DNA of 64,000 bases from an uncultured virus (IMG/VR IMGVR_UViG_3300033562_000715) (taxonomy: Duplodnaviria > Heunggongvirae > Uroviricota > Caudoviricetes), in IMG/VR virus record IMGVR_UViG_3300033562_000715. One strand, written 5' to 3'. The notes below the pieces were generated by a model. That model was not told the origin of the DNA, did not search any database, and saw only the letters and a list, made by a program, of their open reading frames with translations. A program made the translations under genes and the position numbers. Each line of letters starts with the position of its first letter. The stretch's first letter is position 1. This document shows, piece by piece, positions 20,482-30,747 of the stretch.

Positions 20482-22566
20482 ATGTCAGTATTTAGTAAAA
20501 CGTATGGTACACCTATTAATTCAAAAACTAAAATTAGTCCTATAGAACTATGGCAGGGTAAGATAATTAAAAGAATTAAACGTGACATTAGCACATACCC
20601 TAAAATGCGTGAGTATAACTTTTATTCAAATGGAAATGCTACTATGAGTGGTAAAGACTTAATTAGTTTCTATTACACCATAGATGCCTATCCTGAGAGA
20701 GTGCCTAAATCATATAGAGCAACAATTAGGAAAGAAGCTAAGAGTAGTGTTAAGGTTTCTTTCATCTCTACTTTTGAACCAACTAAAATAGATTGGTCAA
20801 GTCAACAAATGGCATCAAAACGTAAGATATGGAAAGAACTTGACAACAGTAGAGAAGATGTAGATGAATATAACTATGTGGATAATATTGGCTCTATGGA
20901 TACAACTTCTAGACGTAAGGCTTCATTAGTATACTTAGCTGATGCAGATGTTCGTAGAAGGCGAAACCTTTTTAAATATAGAACTATGATGGTAGTATCA
21001 GGCAGAAGAGGTTTAGCTTTTGATAAATCAGTAGAAGGTATTCAAAGTTATTGTAAAAATATAGGTGTTATAATAACTAGAGTTGAAGAACAGATACCTC
21101 AGTTTTTAAGAGCTTTTAGTCCATTTAGTGCTGAACTAAACAGTGGTATATTAAAACAAGTTGGTAGTAATACAATACCTGATGAACAGATTGCAAGGTT
21201 TAGTGTTTATGACCAAGGTAAGATAGGAAAGGGTGGTACACTCTTTGGAACAGATATCTACTCTGGTTTTCCAGTGTATAAACAGTTTAAGAAAAGGGAT
21301 ACTGATGCTGAAACTATATTGATAACTGGTGAGACAGGTAGTGGTAAATCTGTTTTAGTAAAATTCTTAATAACACAGCTGATAGGAGACCCAAAGTATA
21401 ATGGTACAATAAACGACGTAGAGGGTTTTGAATATACTCCAATTGCAGGTTTTTTAAATCTTCATGATAATGTTTTAATAATAAATATGGCTGAAGGTCA
21501 GGGGTGCTATTATGACCCATTTGAGATATCTATAACGGGTAACAAAGACTTAGATAAGGATATGTTTTCTTATAGTAAGAGTTTTACATCTTCTTTATTA
21601 TGTGTATTAATAGGTGAAAAACTTTTAAGTGAAGATGCATGGGCACAAAAGATAGTAGATAATGCTATAGCAGAGGCTTATACTTCTTTAGGGGTAGATG
21701 AGTTTGATTCTAGTACATGGAGCAGAACTAAAGGGTATGATATGTTTTATGTATACTCAAAATTTAAAGAACTATACAAAGAATACTTGAAATTACTTAA
21801 AACTGTAGATAAAGATAATTTACCTTTACATCTACGTTACAGATTAAATGTAGGGTATATAGATGCATTAGATAAAGTTGTTGCAAAACTCTCTGAGTAT
21901 TTTGAACCTTTAAGTAACGGTGGTATTAGGGCAAATGTCTTTAGGAAAAAGGTAACTTTAAGTGAAATAGTAGATGCTAAATTAGTTATAAACTCTTTTG
22001 GTATGGCAGGTAAATCTTCTGATATGATTGATCCAGTTCAGATGGCATTGGCTCAACTTTCAGCAGCTAATATATCGTTTATAAGGTCAGTATTTTCTAA
22101 AGCAAAAGGTTTATTTAACTTTAAAGTTTGGGAAGAGTTTCAGAGGTGGGGTACATTTAAAGGTTCTGTAAATACAATTAAACAGGCTATTACAGGTGGT
22201 AGAAAATTAGGAGACGTAAACTTCATATTAACCAATAATGTAAAGGACTTATTAGATGATGATAGATTTGCTATCTTTGATAACATATCTTCCTTTGCAA
22301 TCGGCTCAATAACCTCTGCAACTACTCGTGAGAGGTTGTGCAATGAGTTATCTGTTCCTTTATTAAAACCTGATTTGGATGCTATTTCAACTCAAAAGAA
22401 TAATGATACAGATAGTTTTAAAGATATAGATGAAGATGGTAGTATGTATGATAAAGCTTTCTTACTTCGTTTAGATAAAAGTGTAATTACTATTTCAAAG
22501 GTAATGTTACCTGATTATGTAATAGAGAGTGACTTGTTTAAGACAGGTGTAGATTTGTCTGTATAG
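20482..22566 (+). CDS. VirB4/TraE/TcpF-like conjugative ATPase
   Basis: Walker A GETGSGKS, INDVEGFEY, Walker B VWEEFQ, GRKLG; ATG 20482 follows GGGGG. Confidence 0.75.
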   Translation: MSVFSKTYGTPINSKTKISPIELWQGKIIKRIKRDISTYPKMREYNFYSNGNATMSGKDLISFYYTIDAYPERVPKSYRATIRKEAKSSVKVSFISTFEPTKIDWSSQQMASKRKIWKELDNSREDVDEYNYVDNIGSMDTTSRRKASLVYLADADVRRRRNLFKYRTMMVVSGRRGLAFDKSVEGIQSYCKNIGVIITRVEEQIPQFLRAFSPFSAELNSGILKQVGSNTIPDEQIARFSVYDQGKIGKGGTLFGTDIYSGFPVYKQFKKRDTDAETILITGETGSGKSVLVKFLITQLIGDPKYNGTINDVEGFEYTPIAGFLNLHDNVLIINMAEGQGCYYDPFEISITGNKDLDKDMFSYSKSFTSSLLCVLIGEKLLSEDAWAQKIVDNAIAEAYTSLGVDEFDSSTWSRTKGYDMFYVYSKFKELYKEYLKLLKTVDKDNLPLHLRYRLNVGYIDALDKVVAKLSEYFEPLSNGGIRANVFRKKVTLSEIVDAKLVINSFGMAGKSSDMIDPVQMALAQLSAANISFIRSVFSKAKGLFNFKVWEEFQRWGTFKGSVNTIKQAITGGRKLGDVNFILTNNVKDLLDDDRFAIFDNISSFAIGSITSATTRERLCNELSVPLLKPDLDAISTQKNNDTDSFKDIDEDGSMYDKAFLLRLDKSVITISKVMLPDYVIESDLFKTGVDLSV

Positions 22567-22581
22567 AAAGGTTGGTAGAGT

Positions 22582-23559
22582 ATGAAAAAAGTGCCTTTAA
22601 TATTTAGTAAAATAGGCTCATGGGTTGGAGATATCCTTTCCAGCAGAAAGAAAAGGATAATAGCATTAATCTTAATAGTTTTCTTTGGCATCATATTGGC
22701 AGCCAGTGTTCAATCAGGTAGAATAGAAGGTCAAAAGGCTAAAGCTTTAGCAGATGCTAGAAAACAAGCTGAGATTGATAAACAAAAAGACCCACAAAGT
22801 ACTAATAATCCTGAAGATTCTTTATTAGTAAGTCAACAAGCTGAATTAGTTAAGTCTTATGGAAAAGTACCTAAGGGGTATATTTGGAACACGGATGGTA
22901 CATTATTATCTTTAGGGGATAAAACAAAATCTGCAGAAGATGTAGTATATTCATATTTAAACGGCATTAGAACCCTTGATTTTAGTATGGCACAGAAGTA
23001 CTCACGGGGTAGTTCAGTAGTTAAGGCTTATCAAGATTACTTTAATTCAAATGTTCAGGATACGGACTATTTTGATTCTTTTATGAGGGGTATGTATAAA
23101 CAGTCTTTATTATCTTTAAAGGTAGAAAGTATATTAGATAACTCTATTTTTGCTGAAAATAAACAGGTGTTTACAGTAAAGGTATCTATGTTAGACCTTA
23201 CTTCTAAGGACTTTTGGGAGAAGGATAAACATGATATTTACAAGAACTTATATGTATACTCTAGTGATGAGAGTGATGCTACAAAGGGTGAGATGTATTT
23301 ATATGACTACGTATTAGGGTATTATCAGAGTAAAGAAGCAAAAATGAGAACCTTTACAATTAACTTAACCTTAGAGAAGTATCCAGATTTAAAAACAGGT
23401 TGGTTAGTTTCAATTGATACTGATATCAACTCTGCTTGTAACTATTCGGACGGTACTTTAATGATAAATTATATTAACAAGATGTACTCTAGCGAAGGTG
23501 TTCAGTATATTCAACAGCAGAGAGCTCCATCTAGTCCAGCTGAAGATAATGCACCTTAA
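22582..23559 (+). CDS. Bitopic protein with NTF2-like extracytoplasmic domain (VirB8/TcpC-like candidate)
   Basis: Single TM; SAEDVVYSYLNGIRTLDFSMAQKY pattern; ends LTLEKY..GWLV. Confidence 0.5.
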   Translation: MKKVPLIFSKIGSWVGDILSSRKKRIIALILIVFFGIILAASVQSGRIEGQKAKALADARKQAEIDKQKDPQSTNNPEDSLLVSQQAELVKSYGKVPKGYIWNTDGTLLSLGDKTKSAEDVVYSYLNGIRTLDFSMAQKYSRGSSVVKAYQDYFNSNVQDTDYFDSFMRGMYKQSLLSLKVESILDNSIFAENKQVFTVKVSMLDLTSKDFWEKDKHDIYKNLYVYSSDESDATKGEMYLYDYVLGYYQSKEAKMRTFTINLTLEKYPDLKTGWLVSIDTDINSACNYSDGTLMINYINKMYSSEGVQYIQQQRAPSSPAEDNAP

Positions 23560-23577
23560 GGGTAAGGGGGTTAAAGA

Positions 23578-23724
23578 ATGACAAGTATATTGGTAGCACT
23601 AAGCATTTTAGCAGTTTCTCATTTAACAGTAGATAAAGACTTTCCAGTAGAGATAAGAAATGCAGCAGAGGCTTTCTTTATCATAGTAGGAATTGCATAC
23701 TTAATTTTTGGATTAATAGTTTAG
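23578..23724 (+). CDS. Small 48-aa hydrophobic protein not in the track
   Basis: AAGGGGG RBS; MTSILVALSILAVSHLTVDKDFPVEIRNAAEAFFIIVGIAYLIFGLIV*. Confidence 0.6.
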   Translation: MTSILVALSILAVSHLTVDKDFPVEIRNAAEAFFIIVGIAYLIFGLIV

Positions 23725-23737
23725 GAGGTTTAATGAT

Positions 23738-26002
23738 ATGGCTTATGAGAATGAAAAGGCAGAACGTGAATTTAGAATGAACCCACCAAGTGCAGCACCA
23801 GGTCAGGGTGATGACGATGATTGGGGTGACTTAAGTGTAGGCTCATCCTCTGTAGAAAGTATGCCAGATACTTTAATAACTGGTAATAACGGTGCTAACA
23901 ATACTGTAGTAAATCAAGATGCAAAAACTGATACAAAGTCAGAAATAGATAACTATACTTCTACAGAAGATAAAGTAGTAGAAGTAGCATTGAAAGCTAG
24001 TAAGGGTATTTGGTACTATTTTAAGGCATTAGGTAACTCATTTAGAAATAACTCAAGTACAGATTGGCATAACTTAGGTGTAAGAATATCAGCTATTTCA
24101 GTTTCAGCTTTTCTTATAAGCTGGGTATTTGTTGTAGTGAAGATATTTTCAAAAAGTAATAATCAACCCTTTGACTTAACCATTGGTAGTATATGTTCAG
24201 CAATCGTTGGTATAGGTTTATGCATGACCTTTGATAAAGAAGATAAAGTAGAGCCAGAAGAACCACCAGAGCCAATTGAGGAAGAGATAGATTTAGAGGA
24301 GTATGCTTTTGATTTTTCAGACGAATCTGAGTATACTTATACAGAACCATCAGAAGATGAACCAGAAGAAGATATTTGGGGTGCACTAATGGAAGGTGGT
24401 CTAATAGATGATAACTTAAATATATCAATAGAATCAGATGACTTCTCTGTAAAAGAAGCCTTGGAAAAGATTGAACCTATTCCTTATGGTACTCAAACAC
24501 GTAGATACTTGTTTGAGACTTTTTGCTCTATCTTACCAAAGATGTCACCAACTTTTGCAGACATGCGTCTTGTGTCTGATGAATCTGAAGACTTTTATTA
24601 CTTTGAGGGTATGATTAGAAGTGCAGCTTTTCAGGTAGGAACTAAGGAAGAGTCTTTACCAGAACTTGAATCAGTGTATGTAAATGACTTTATTTATAGG
24701 CTGAACTGTAATAGACCAGTTGGAATAAAAGAACAATTAATTGCTGATGAAGTGGCAAGTACTTATTCCAGAGATGATAATAACATGGAGTTTCGTATCG
24801 GTGTCTATGCAAACACTGAAACATCCACTGGTAAGTTTACGATAAACTTATTTAAAGGTGAACTAAAGGAAAATGAGGGTAAATCAAGTATTAAAATATC
24901 TTTAGGGGATATCTATAAGAAGTTAGAAAGCTTTGTGGCAGACCCTAAAAATGTTATGCCTTTTATATGGGGTGTAAGTGAGTTTGGTAAGCCTATTTAT
25001 TGTGATATCTTAGATGTAAACAGTTTTATTTATTCAGGTGAGCCACGTGGTGGTAAATCTTGGAAAGGTCAGTCGATGTTAGCTCAGTTATGTATGTTTA
25101 ATTCCCCTAAAGAGATAGAATTTTATATATTTGACGGTAAAAACTTACAATCAGATTATAGATATGCATCTGCTGTATTACCTCATATTAAATACTTCTG
25201 TGGTGACCCTAATAGGATTAACGATGGAATAGAAAAGGTATTAAATAAAGCAGTAACAGAACGTCAAATAATCTTTAATAACACAGGTTGTATAAACATA
25301 AAGGATTATAATACAAAGTATCCAAATGATAAATTACCATATATGTACATTGTGGTAGATGAGTTAATGTCCTTAATGGAACACTTCAAGATAAATGATA
25401 TGAAAGAGGAAGCAAGTAGATTTAAAGGATTCTTATCTATAATGGTAAGTAAGTTAGCTAATATGGGTGTAAGGTTTATATTATTTCCTCATAGAATTGT
25501 TGAAAGTGTTATAAGTAAAAACACTTATTCGTTGATTTCTACTAGAGCAGTTGTTAACCAGTCTAACCCAGATGACTTAAAATCTGCATTAGACGTAACA
25601 AGCAAAACTTTTCCATATAAACTTGTATCTCCAGGTGATATGGCTATTCGTTCCAAGGATATTGAAAGGGGTAAGGTAATCTTCTGTCATGCAGAGATGT
25701 TATCAACATCTAATGAAAACAACCAAAGACTCTTTGAGTTCATAGGTTCTGTGTGGACTAGACTTGAACCTGATTGTAAGTGTTTAGGTGCATCAACGGG
25801 TACAGTATGTGGTAAGATAGAAATAAAAGGTATTGAGAAAAAGGTTTCAGAAAGTTATAGTGTAGAAGATATAGATAATACTAATGGAGCTCAAGAATAT
25901 GAGTACAAAGGGTATGACAATCAATCATCTACTGAAGATATATTAAAAGAATTTGATGGAGAAGACTCTAATGTAGATGAATCTTTTTGGTCTGAGTTCT
26001 AG
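23738..26002 (+). CDS. FtsK/SpoIIIE-family ATPase, putative TcpA-like coupling protein
   Basis: Two N-terminal TMs, Walker A GEPRGGKS, YIFDGK, NIKDYN, Walker B YIVVDE. Confidence 0.8.
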   Translation: MAYENEKAEREFRMNPPSAAPGQGDDDDWGDLSVGSSSVESMPDTLITGNNGANNTVVNQDAKTDTKSEIDNYTSTEDKVVEVALKASKGIWYYFKALGNSFRNNSSTDWHNLGVRISAISVSAFLISWVFVVVKIFSKSNNQPFDLTIGSICSAIVGIGLCMTFDKEDKVEPEEPPEPIEEEIDLEEYAFDFSDESEYTYTEPSEDEPEEDIWGALMEGGLIDDNLNISIESDDFSVKEALEKIEPIPYGTQTRRYLFETFCSILPKMSPTFADMRLVSDESEDFYYFEGMIRSAAFQVGTKEESLPELESVYVNDFIYRLNCNRPVGIKEQLIADEVASTYSRDDNNMEFRIGVYANTETSTGKFTINLFKGELKENEGKSSIKISLGDIYKKLESFVADPKNVMPFIWGVSEFGKPIYCDILDVNSFIYSGEPRGGKSWKGQSMLAQLCMFNSPKEIEFYIFDGKNLQSDYRYASAVLPHIKYFCGDPNRINDGIEKVLNKAVTERQIIFNNTGCINIKDYNTKYPNDKLPYMYIVVDELMSLMEHFKINDMKEEASRFKGFLSIMVSKLANMGVRFILFPHRIVESVISKNTYSLISTRAVVNQSNPDDLKSALDVTSKTFPYKLVSPGDMAIRSKDIERGKVIFCHAEMLSTSNENNQRLFEFIGSVWTRLEPDCKCLGASTGTVCGKIEIKGIEKKVSESYSVEDIDNTNGAQEYEYKGYDNQSSTEDILKEFDGEDSNVDESFWSEF

Positions 26003-26017
26003 AAAGGTAAGGGTTGC

Positions 26018-27211
26018 ATGAAAGTAAAGGGTAATATTCAGTCGGTTCAGTCAGACTTAGACTTCTGCATAAGGATAACATCTACGAATAATATTCGAAC
26101 GGTTGATAAATTAAGAAAACATTTCTTTTCCATTTTTATGGCAGAAGAAAGAGAACGTCTTTTAGAGTTGGTAGAAGAAAAGCGTAAAAAGGCTCAATTA
26201 GTTGAACATGAAGTAGTAGTTGAACCAGAAGTAATAGAAAAGCCAGAAGAAATAGTTAGTACAACACCCGTACAGGAGAATCCTTTTCTAAAAGGGTTCT
26301 TCAATAGGGTAACTCCTAAGGTTGTAGAGACAAATAGTGAAAATACCTTTGTTCACCAAGGTATCTTTTTAGATGAAGAGGACGACTTAACTGAACTTAA
26401 TGGAAATTCTACAACAATAGAGTTTGAAGATGAATATGAAGATGTTGAAGAAAAAGAAGATGTCTATGTTGCTCCAAAGCAACCTAACAACTTTTTAACA
26501 AGGTTTAATGTAGAACCTGAAAAGGACATAGTAGACCCATTAGTAGGTGTATCAGGTTATGTAAGTAACGGTATACTCTTAGATGAATTAGAAGATTCAA
26601 AAGAGGTAGAAAATAACTCTGTAACCTATTCTCTTAACGGTATATTCTTAGATGAAATAGAGGAATTTATACCACCTTTATTTGATATTAATACTTCTAT
26701 GGTCGAAAAAGAAGATATTATAGAAGAACCAGAAACTTCAGAAGAAACTGATACATTTATAGACCTTAATGCAGAGAGTGAATATGATTCTTTCATGACT
26801 AGTGTAAAAGAGAGGTCATCAAATAAATCAACTATTTCAAGAGATGAAAAGTTAACAGCAAGAGAAAAGCGTAGAGAGGAACTAAGGGTAAGACAACAGC
26901 AGAGAGAGGAAGAACTCTTAAAAGAAAGAACTTACTCACAAGAGGTAAAGGTTAATGAGCCTGAGATTGACTCTGAAGTTGAGTTTGGAGATGATTTGGT
27001 TTCCTATTCGGAAGACTTAGAAACAGGTATAACATTTGAAGTAACTAAAGATGAAGAACCAACTGATGCACCAAAGGATATAAGAGACTTTTTAAGGCAA
27101 CATCCAAACGCTAGTATATCTTTTGTTTCAAAGTTTTCTCCATCAAAGGAAATAGAAAAGCAAATAAAATTGGGTAGAATATATAAGAAGAAGGGTAAGT
27201 TAATGATATAA
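26018..27211 (+). CDS. Acidic protein with three GI[FL]LDE repeats and a small conserved-looking C-terminal domain
   Basis: HQGIFLDE, SNGILLDE, LNGIFLDE; C-terminus IRDFLRQHP...IKLGRIYKKKGKL. Confidence 0.7.
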   Translation: MKVKGNIQSVQSDLDFCIRITSTNNIRTVDKLRKHFFSIFMAEERERLLELVEEKRKKAQLVEHEVVVEPEVIEKPEEIVSTTPVQENPFLKGFFNRVTPKVVETNSENTFVHQGIFLDEEDDLTELNGNSTTIEFEDEYEDVEEKEDVYVAPKQPNNFLTRFNVEPEKDIVDPLVGVSGYVSNGILLDELEDSKEVENNSVTYSLNGIFLDEIEEFIPPLFDINTSMVEKEDIIEEPETSEETDTFIDLNAESEYDSFMTSVKERSSNKSTISRDEKLTAREKRREELRVRQQQREEELLKERTYSQEVKVNEPEIDSEVEFGDDLVSYSEDLETGITFEVTKDEEPTDAPKDIRDFLRQHPNASISFVSKFSPSKEIEKQIKLGRIYKKKGKLMI

Positions 27212-27229
27212 CTTAAGAGGATATTACAA

Positions 27230-27556
27230 ATGAAAATAACGAGGGTAGTAATTGAAAAGCATAAGGATACTGATAAGTCTTTAGCAATATGTAGTGTGGT
27301 TTTAGATGACTGTTTAAAATTATCAGAGATTAAACTTTTTAGAAATAGTGATGGTTTCTATTTATGCTTACCTAGTAAGCAGGATATCTATCGTGAGCTA
27401 GAAGAGATTAACTCAAATGTTGTTATTAAGAGACCTGAACGAGCTGAAATTAAGGGTAAAATGTATGAAGAGTTTTATAACCCAGTAGTGTCAAGTTTTT
27501 ATAAGATGCTATTAGACTCTATCACTAGAGAGTATGTTAGGGTAAAAAGTAACTAG
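27230..27556 (+). CDS. spoVG: SpoVG-family nucleic-acid-binding protein
   Basis: MKIT.V...LAICSVVLDD....IKL....GFYLCLPSK...FYNPV matches the SpoVG pattern. Confidence 0.75.
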   Translation: MKITRVVIEKHKDTDKSLAICSVVLDDCLKLSEIKLFRNSDGFYLCLPSKQDIYRELEEINSNVVIKRPERAEIKGKMYEEFYNPVVSSFYKMLLDSITREYVRVKSN

Positions 27557-27583
27557 GTTGTATAAATATATGTAGGAGGTTGT

Positions 27584-29170
27584 ATGGGTAAGAGAAAAGA
27601 AATACTTTATATGAATGATAGATTCTGTGGTCAATCTTTAGATGCTACCACATGTAGTCAATTAGAAGTCTTATTAAGGCTTGATGAAGAGGATGGTTTT
27701 GTAGAAGAATTAAAGCATTTAATCTACGAATTAACCCCATCGGAGGTTGATATTATACTTGAAAGTAAGTCAACCGAATTTGTAGAACTAAAGAGAGGAT
27801 TACTAGAGAACATACAAACAACGGGAATTGCTTATATGTATTTTGCTAAGAAATTAATCTTAGGAGACTCTGTAGGACTTGGTAAAACTGTAGAGGTTTG
27901 GGGTTTATGTAATCTTATTGAATCTACATTAGCTAAAGAAGGTCAACCCTTTAAATTCTTATTTTTAACGGGCAAATCTTTAATCCCACAAGCTAGACGT
28001 TCAGCAGTTACATTCACTGGTAAGTATGTAGACCAACTCTATGGTGAAGCAGGTGATATTAAGAAGTTTAGAAAGAACAATCCTGAAGAACTAGAACATA
28101 GTATTGTTGGAGCTCATTCTTTATTAACTAGTATACACTTTCAGGAATACCTAAGAGAATATATGCAAGACTATGGGTACTTTCCATTTGACTTGATAGT
28201 AATAGATGAATCAGGTGACATCTTAACAAACACAAATACTCAGATATACAAGAGTGGCTCTTTTCTTGTAGAAAACTGTGATAGGGTAATTCTTTTAAAT
28301 GCTACTTCATTTGAGAAAGAACTTCGTCAGTTTTATGCTCAACTTAGTTTTGTAGACCCAACATTCTTACCAACTAAAACAGATTTTGCATCTACTTATG
28401 AGGTTCAAAGTTATAATGGTAGATACTCTGAGTTCAGTGGTAAGTATAAAAATCAAGAAAAATTTAGAGACCTAATAGCATATAGATACTTAGCTAGAAC
28501 TAGAAAGGGTATTGGTGCTACAATGACTAATTGTTCTGCAGAAGTCATTGTTTCAGACTTATCTAAAGAACAAAAGAAACTCTTAGAACTAGTAAGTATG
28601 CCTTTAATGGTATACGATTGCCCATCATACTTTCCTATGTCTGATGTACCAACAAACACTGAAACAACTCCAAAGTTGGCAGACCTATTAAGATTGTTAT
28701 TAACAGACTTAAGAGATGTTGGACCAGTTTTAGTTTATGCTAGATACAAAGAAGCTCAGTATTGTGCACAGCAGATACTAGAGAGTAAGGGTATAAGAAC
28801 AGAAGTAATGAATGGTGACACGTCAAATAAAACTCGTGAAGATTTAATTAATACCTTTAAGCTTGGAGACCTTGATGTTTTAATCACAAGTGTACAAAAG
28901 GGTTTAGACTTTGGTAATTGTAATTATTGTATTTTCCTTGATTATGACCCAAACCCGAATAAGATGGTTCAATTTGAGGGTAGAATGACTCGTTCTTTTG
29001 ACATTATAAACAAACATGTATATGTGTTAATCTCGAGAGGTAAAGAGCTAAAGTCCTTTAAGAACATACTTTCTGATAGAGCACAAGCTAGTGATTTATT
29101 TGCAGGTAGTGATTTTAGTTGTATACTTAGTATACTATTAGATGAAGAGAACCTTAAGAAGTTAAAGTAG
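27584..29170 (+). CDS. SNF2-like SF2 helicase/translocase
   Basis: Motif I GDSVGLGKT, II VIDESG, III NAT, V KGLDF, VI QFEGRMTR. Confidence 0.8.
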   Translation: MGKRKEILYMNDRFCGQSLDATTCSQLEVLLRLDEEDGFVEELKHLIYELTPSEVDIILESKSTEFVELKRGLLENIQTTGIAYMYFAKKLILGDSVGLGKTVEVWGLCNLIESTLAKEGQPFKFLFLTGKSLIPQARRSAVTFTGKYVDQLYGEAGDIKKFRKNNPEELEHSIVGAHSLLTSIHFQEYLREYMQDYGYFPFDLIVIDESGDILTNTNTQIYKSGSFLVENCDRVILLNATSFEKELRQFYAQLSFVDPTFLPTKTDFASTYEVQSYNGRYSEFSGKYKNQEKFRDLIAYRYLARTRKGIGATMTNCSAEVIVSDLSKEQKKLLELVSMPLMVYDCPSYFPMSDVPTNTETTPKLADLLRLLLTDLRDVGPVLVYARYKEAQYCAQQILESKGIRTEVMNGDTSNKTREDLINTFKLGDLDVLITSVQKGLDFGNCNYCIFLDYDPNPNKMVQFEGRMTRSFDIINKHVYVLISRGKELKSFKNILSDRAQASDLFAGSDFSCILSILLDEENLKKLK

Positions 29171-29178
29171 GTGATAAA

Positions 29179-30270
29179 ATGAAGAAGAAAAAGTTTTTAG
29201 TACTCTTAATAGCTATGTTAGTACTATTACAGGGTATAAGTGTTTCTGCAGCAGTCCACTCTAATACTTCAACAAACGTTACAGACACAGGTTCTTTTGG
29301 TAGTCTTTCACTGGTTGAATATGCATTGAAATGGGTAGGTAATGAAAACATTCCTTATGTATGGGGTGGAGGAAGGGGTATAGGAATAACCTTAGAATCC
29401 TTGGCAGAGAACTCAATTACTGGTACAGACTGTTCAGGGTATGTAAGCCTTGTATATGCTCATAAAGGTTTATCTATACCAAATCAGAGTGAACTTATAT
29501 ATAACAAGGCTAAAAAGGTCTTTTATGACCAGAGTCAAGCAGTCCCAGGTGATTTATGTTGGTGGGATGGTCATATAGCTATTTACATTGGTAATAATAA
29601 GATAGTTCACACAAACACAAGAGTAAAACCAAATAACTTGATACATATCACAGAACTTGGTAAAGACTACCCAACACCATCTGCATACCTTAGAATGGTT
29701 GATAATGTTGAAGTATTGGGTAATGTAGCAGGTAGTACAGAGCAGCAAATAAAGAGTGCTAAATCTTCGGGTTCAGTATCTACCGAATCTGATTTAACGG
29801 GTATGCCTACGAAGTCATCTTTACTATTTGAACAGAAACAATTATCTTTAAAAAGTAAGAATGACTTATCTCAAGGAGACCAAGAACGACTACAGTACTT
29901 AAAAGAAAGCTTAGAAAATAAGAATGTATCTTTAGCTGATGGATTCTACGTTGTATCTATCTTCATTGGTATTGTTTTAGCATTCTACAGTGTACTACTT
30001 TTAATAGCAATAATCTTTGATATGACTAATACATTTATAGATATGTCTTTAGTAAAGATATTATCCTTAGGTAGATGGGAAATGTTAAGAAGAGAAGAAG
30101 CACTTGAGGGTAACATGAAATTAGGTTATTCGAAAGAACGAGGGTTTGCAATTTTAACAATGGGAATGATGTTTATAAGAATAGCAATAATGTTCTTCAT
30201 TAGTCTTTGTTTAATACAGGGTTGGTTACTAAATTATATAGCATACGTTATTGGTAAGATACTATATTGA
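29179..30270 (+). CDS. NlpC/P60 cell-wall peptidase with C-terminal membrane anchor (VirB1-like role)
   Basis: Signal peptide; PYVWGG, DCSG, PGDL, HIAIYIG, H catalytic set; C-terminal TMs. Confidence 0.88.
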   Translation: MKKKKFLVLLIAMLVLLQGISVSAAVHSNTSTNVTDTGSFGSLSLVEYALKWVGNENIPYVWGGGRGIGITLESLAENSITGTDCSGYVSLVYAHKGLSIPNQSELIYNKAKKVFYDQSQAVPGDLCWWDGHIAIYIGNNKIVHTNTRVKPNNLIHITELGKDYPTPSAYLRMVDNVEVLGNVAGSTEQQIKSAKSSGSVSTESDLTGMPTKSSLLFEQKQLSLKSKNDLSQGDQERLQYLKESLENKNVSLADGFYVVSIFIGIVLAFYSVLLLIAIIFDMTNTFIDMSLVKILSLGRWEMLRREEALEGNMKLGYSKERGFAILTMGMMFIRIAIMFFISLCLIQGWLLNYIAYVIGKILY

Positions 30271-30271
30271 G

Positions 30272-30312
30272 AGGAACCTTTTAAAGTAGTGATACTAGAG
30301 AGGTTCCTTTTT
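30272..30312 (+). terminator. Putative terminator closing the transfer cluster
   Basis: aggaacct...aggttcct stem followed by a T-run. Confidence 0.55.
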
Positions 30313-30369
30313 AACCTAACTTTATAATATTTGTTTTCTTTATATCTTATATGAGGGTAGGTAACTAGA

Positions 30370-30690
30370 ATGAAATACGAAATACATGATTTATCAAGGT
30401 CTTACGTTAAAGCTTTCGTACACTTCTTAGCAAAGAAGGGTATAGAGGCAAACAGCTCTGATGCATTTGAGTTGTTTTGTTATTCAATTAAATCAATATG
30501 TTCTTTAGAAGTTATAGAGTACAATCAACTAATCTCTAAACAAGGTGAAAAGGGTATCAAATCTCTTTTAAAGGTAAAAAATGTAAAGCTTGATGTTGCT
30601 GACTTAACCCTTGAAGAACGTATAGCATTGGTTGAATGCTCTAAGATTTATTTTTCAATTATTCTTCAAGGTTTAGGGAATACCTTGTAG
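30370..30690 (+). CDS. Hypothetical protein
   Basis: 106 aa ORF with RBS. Confidence 0.6.
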   Translation: MKYEIHDLSRSYVKAFVHFLAKKGIEANSSDAFELFCYSIKSICSLEVIEYNQLISKQGEKGIKSLLKVKNVKLDVADLTLEERIALVECSKIYFSIILQGLGNTL

Positions 30691-30713
30691 TATGAAGTAA
30701 TACTTGTTATAAT
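30685..30713 (+). promoter_or_regulatory. sigmaA promoter with extended -10
   Basis: TTGTAG-17 nt-TATAAT with TG motif. Confidence 0.7.
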
Positions 30714-30747
30714 ATACTTAGTTAGCAAGGTTATATAAAATAGGGGG

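Noticed and set aside
23738..26002. Type VII secretion EssC
   Set aside because: Only one FtsK domain, with no FHA domains or WXG100 genes nearby.
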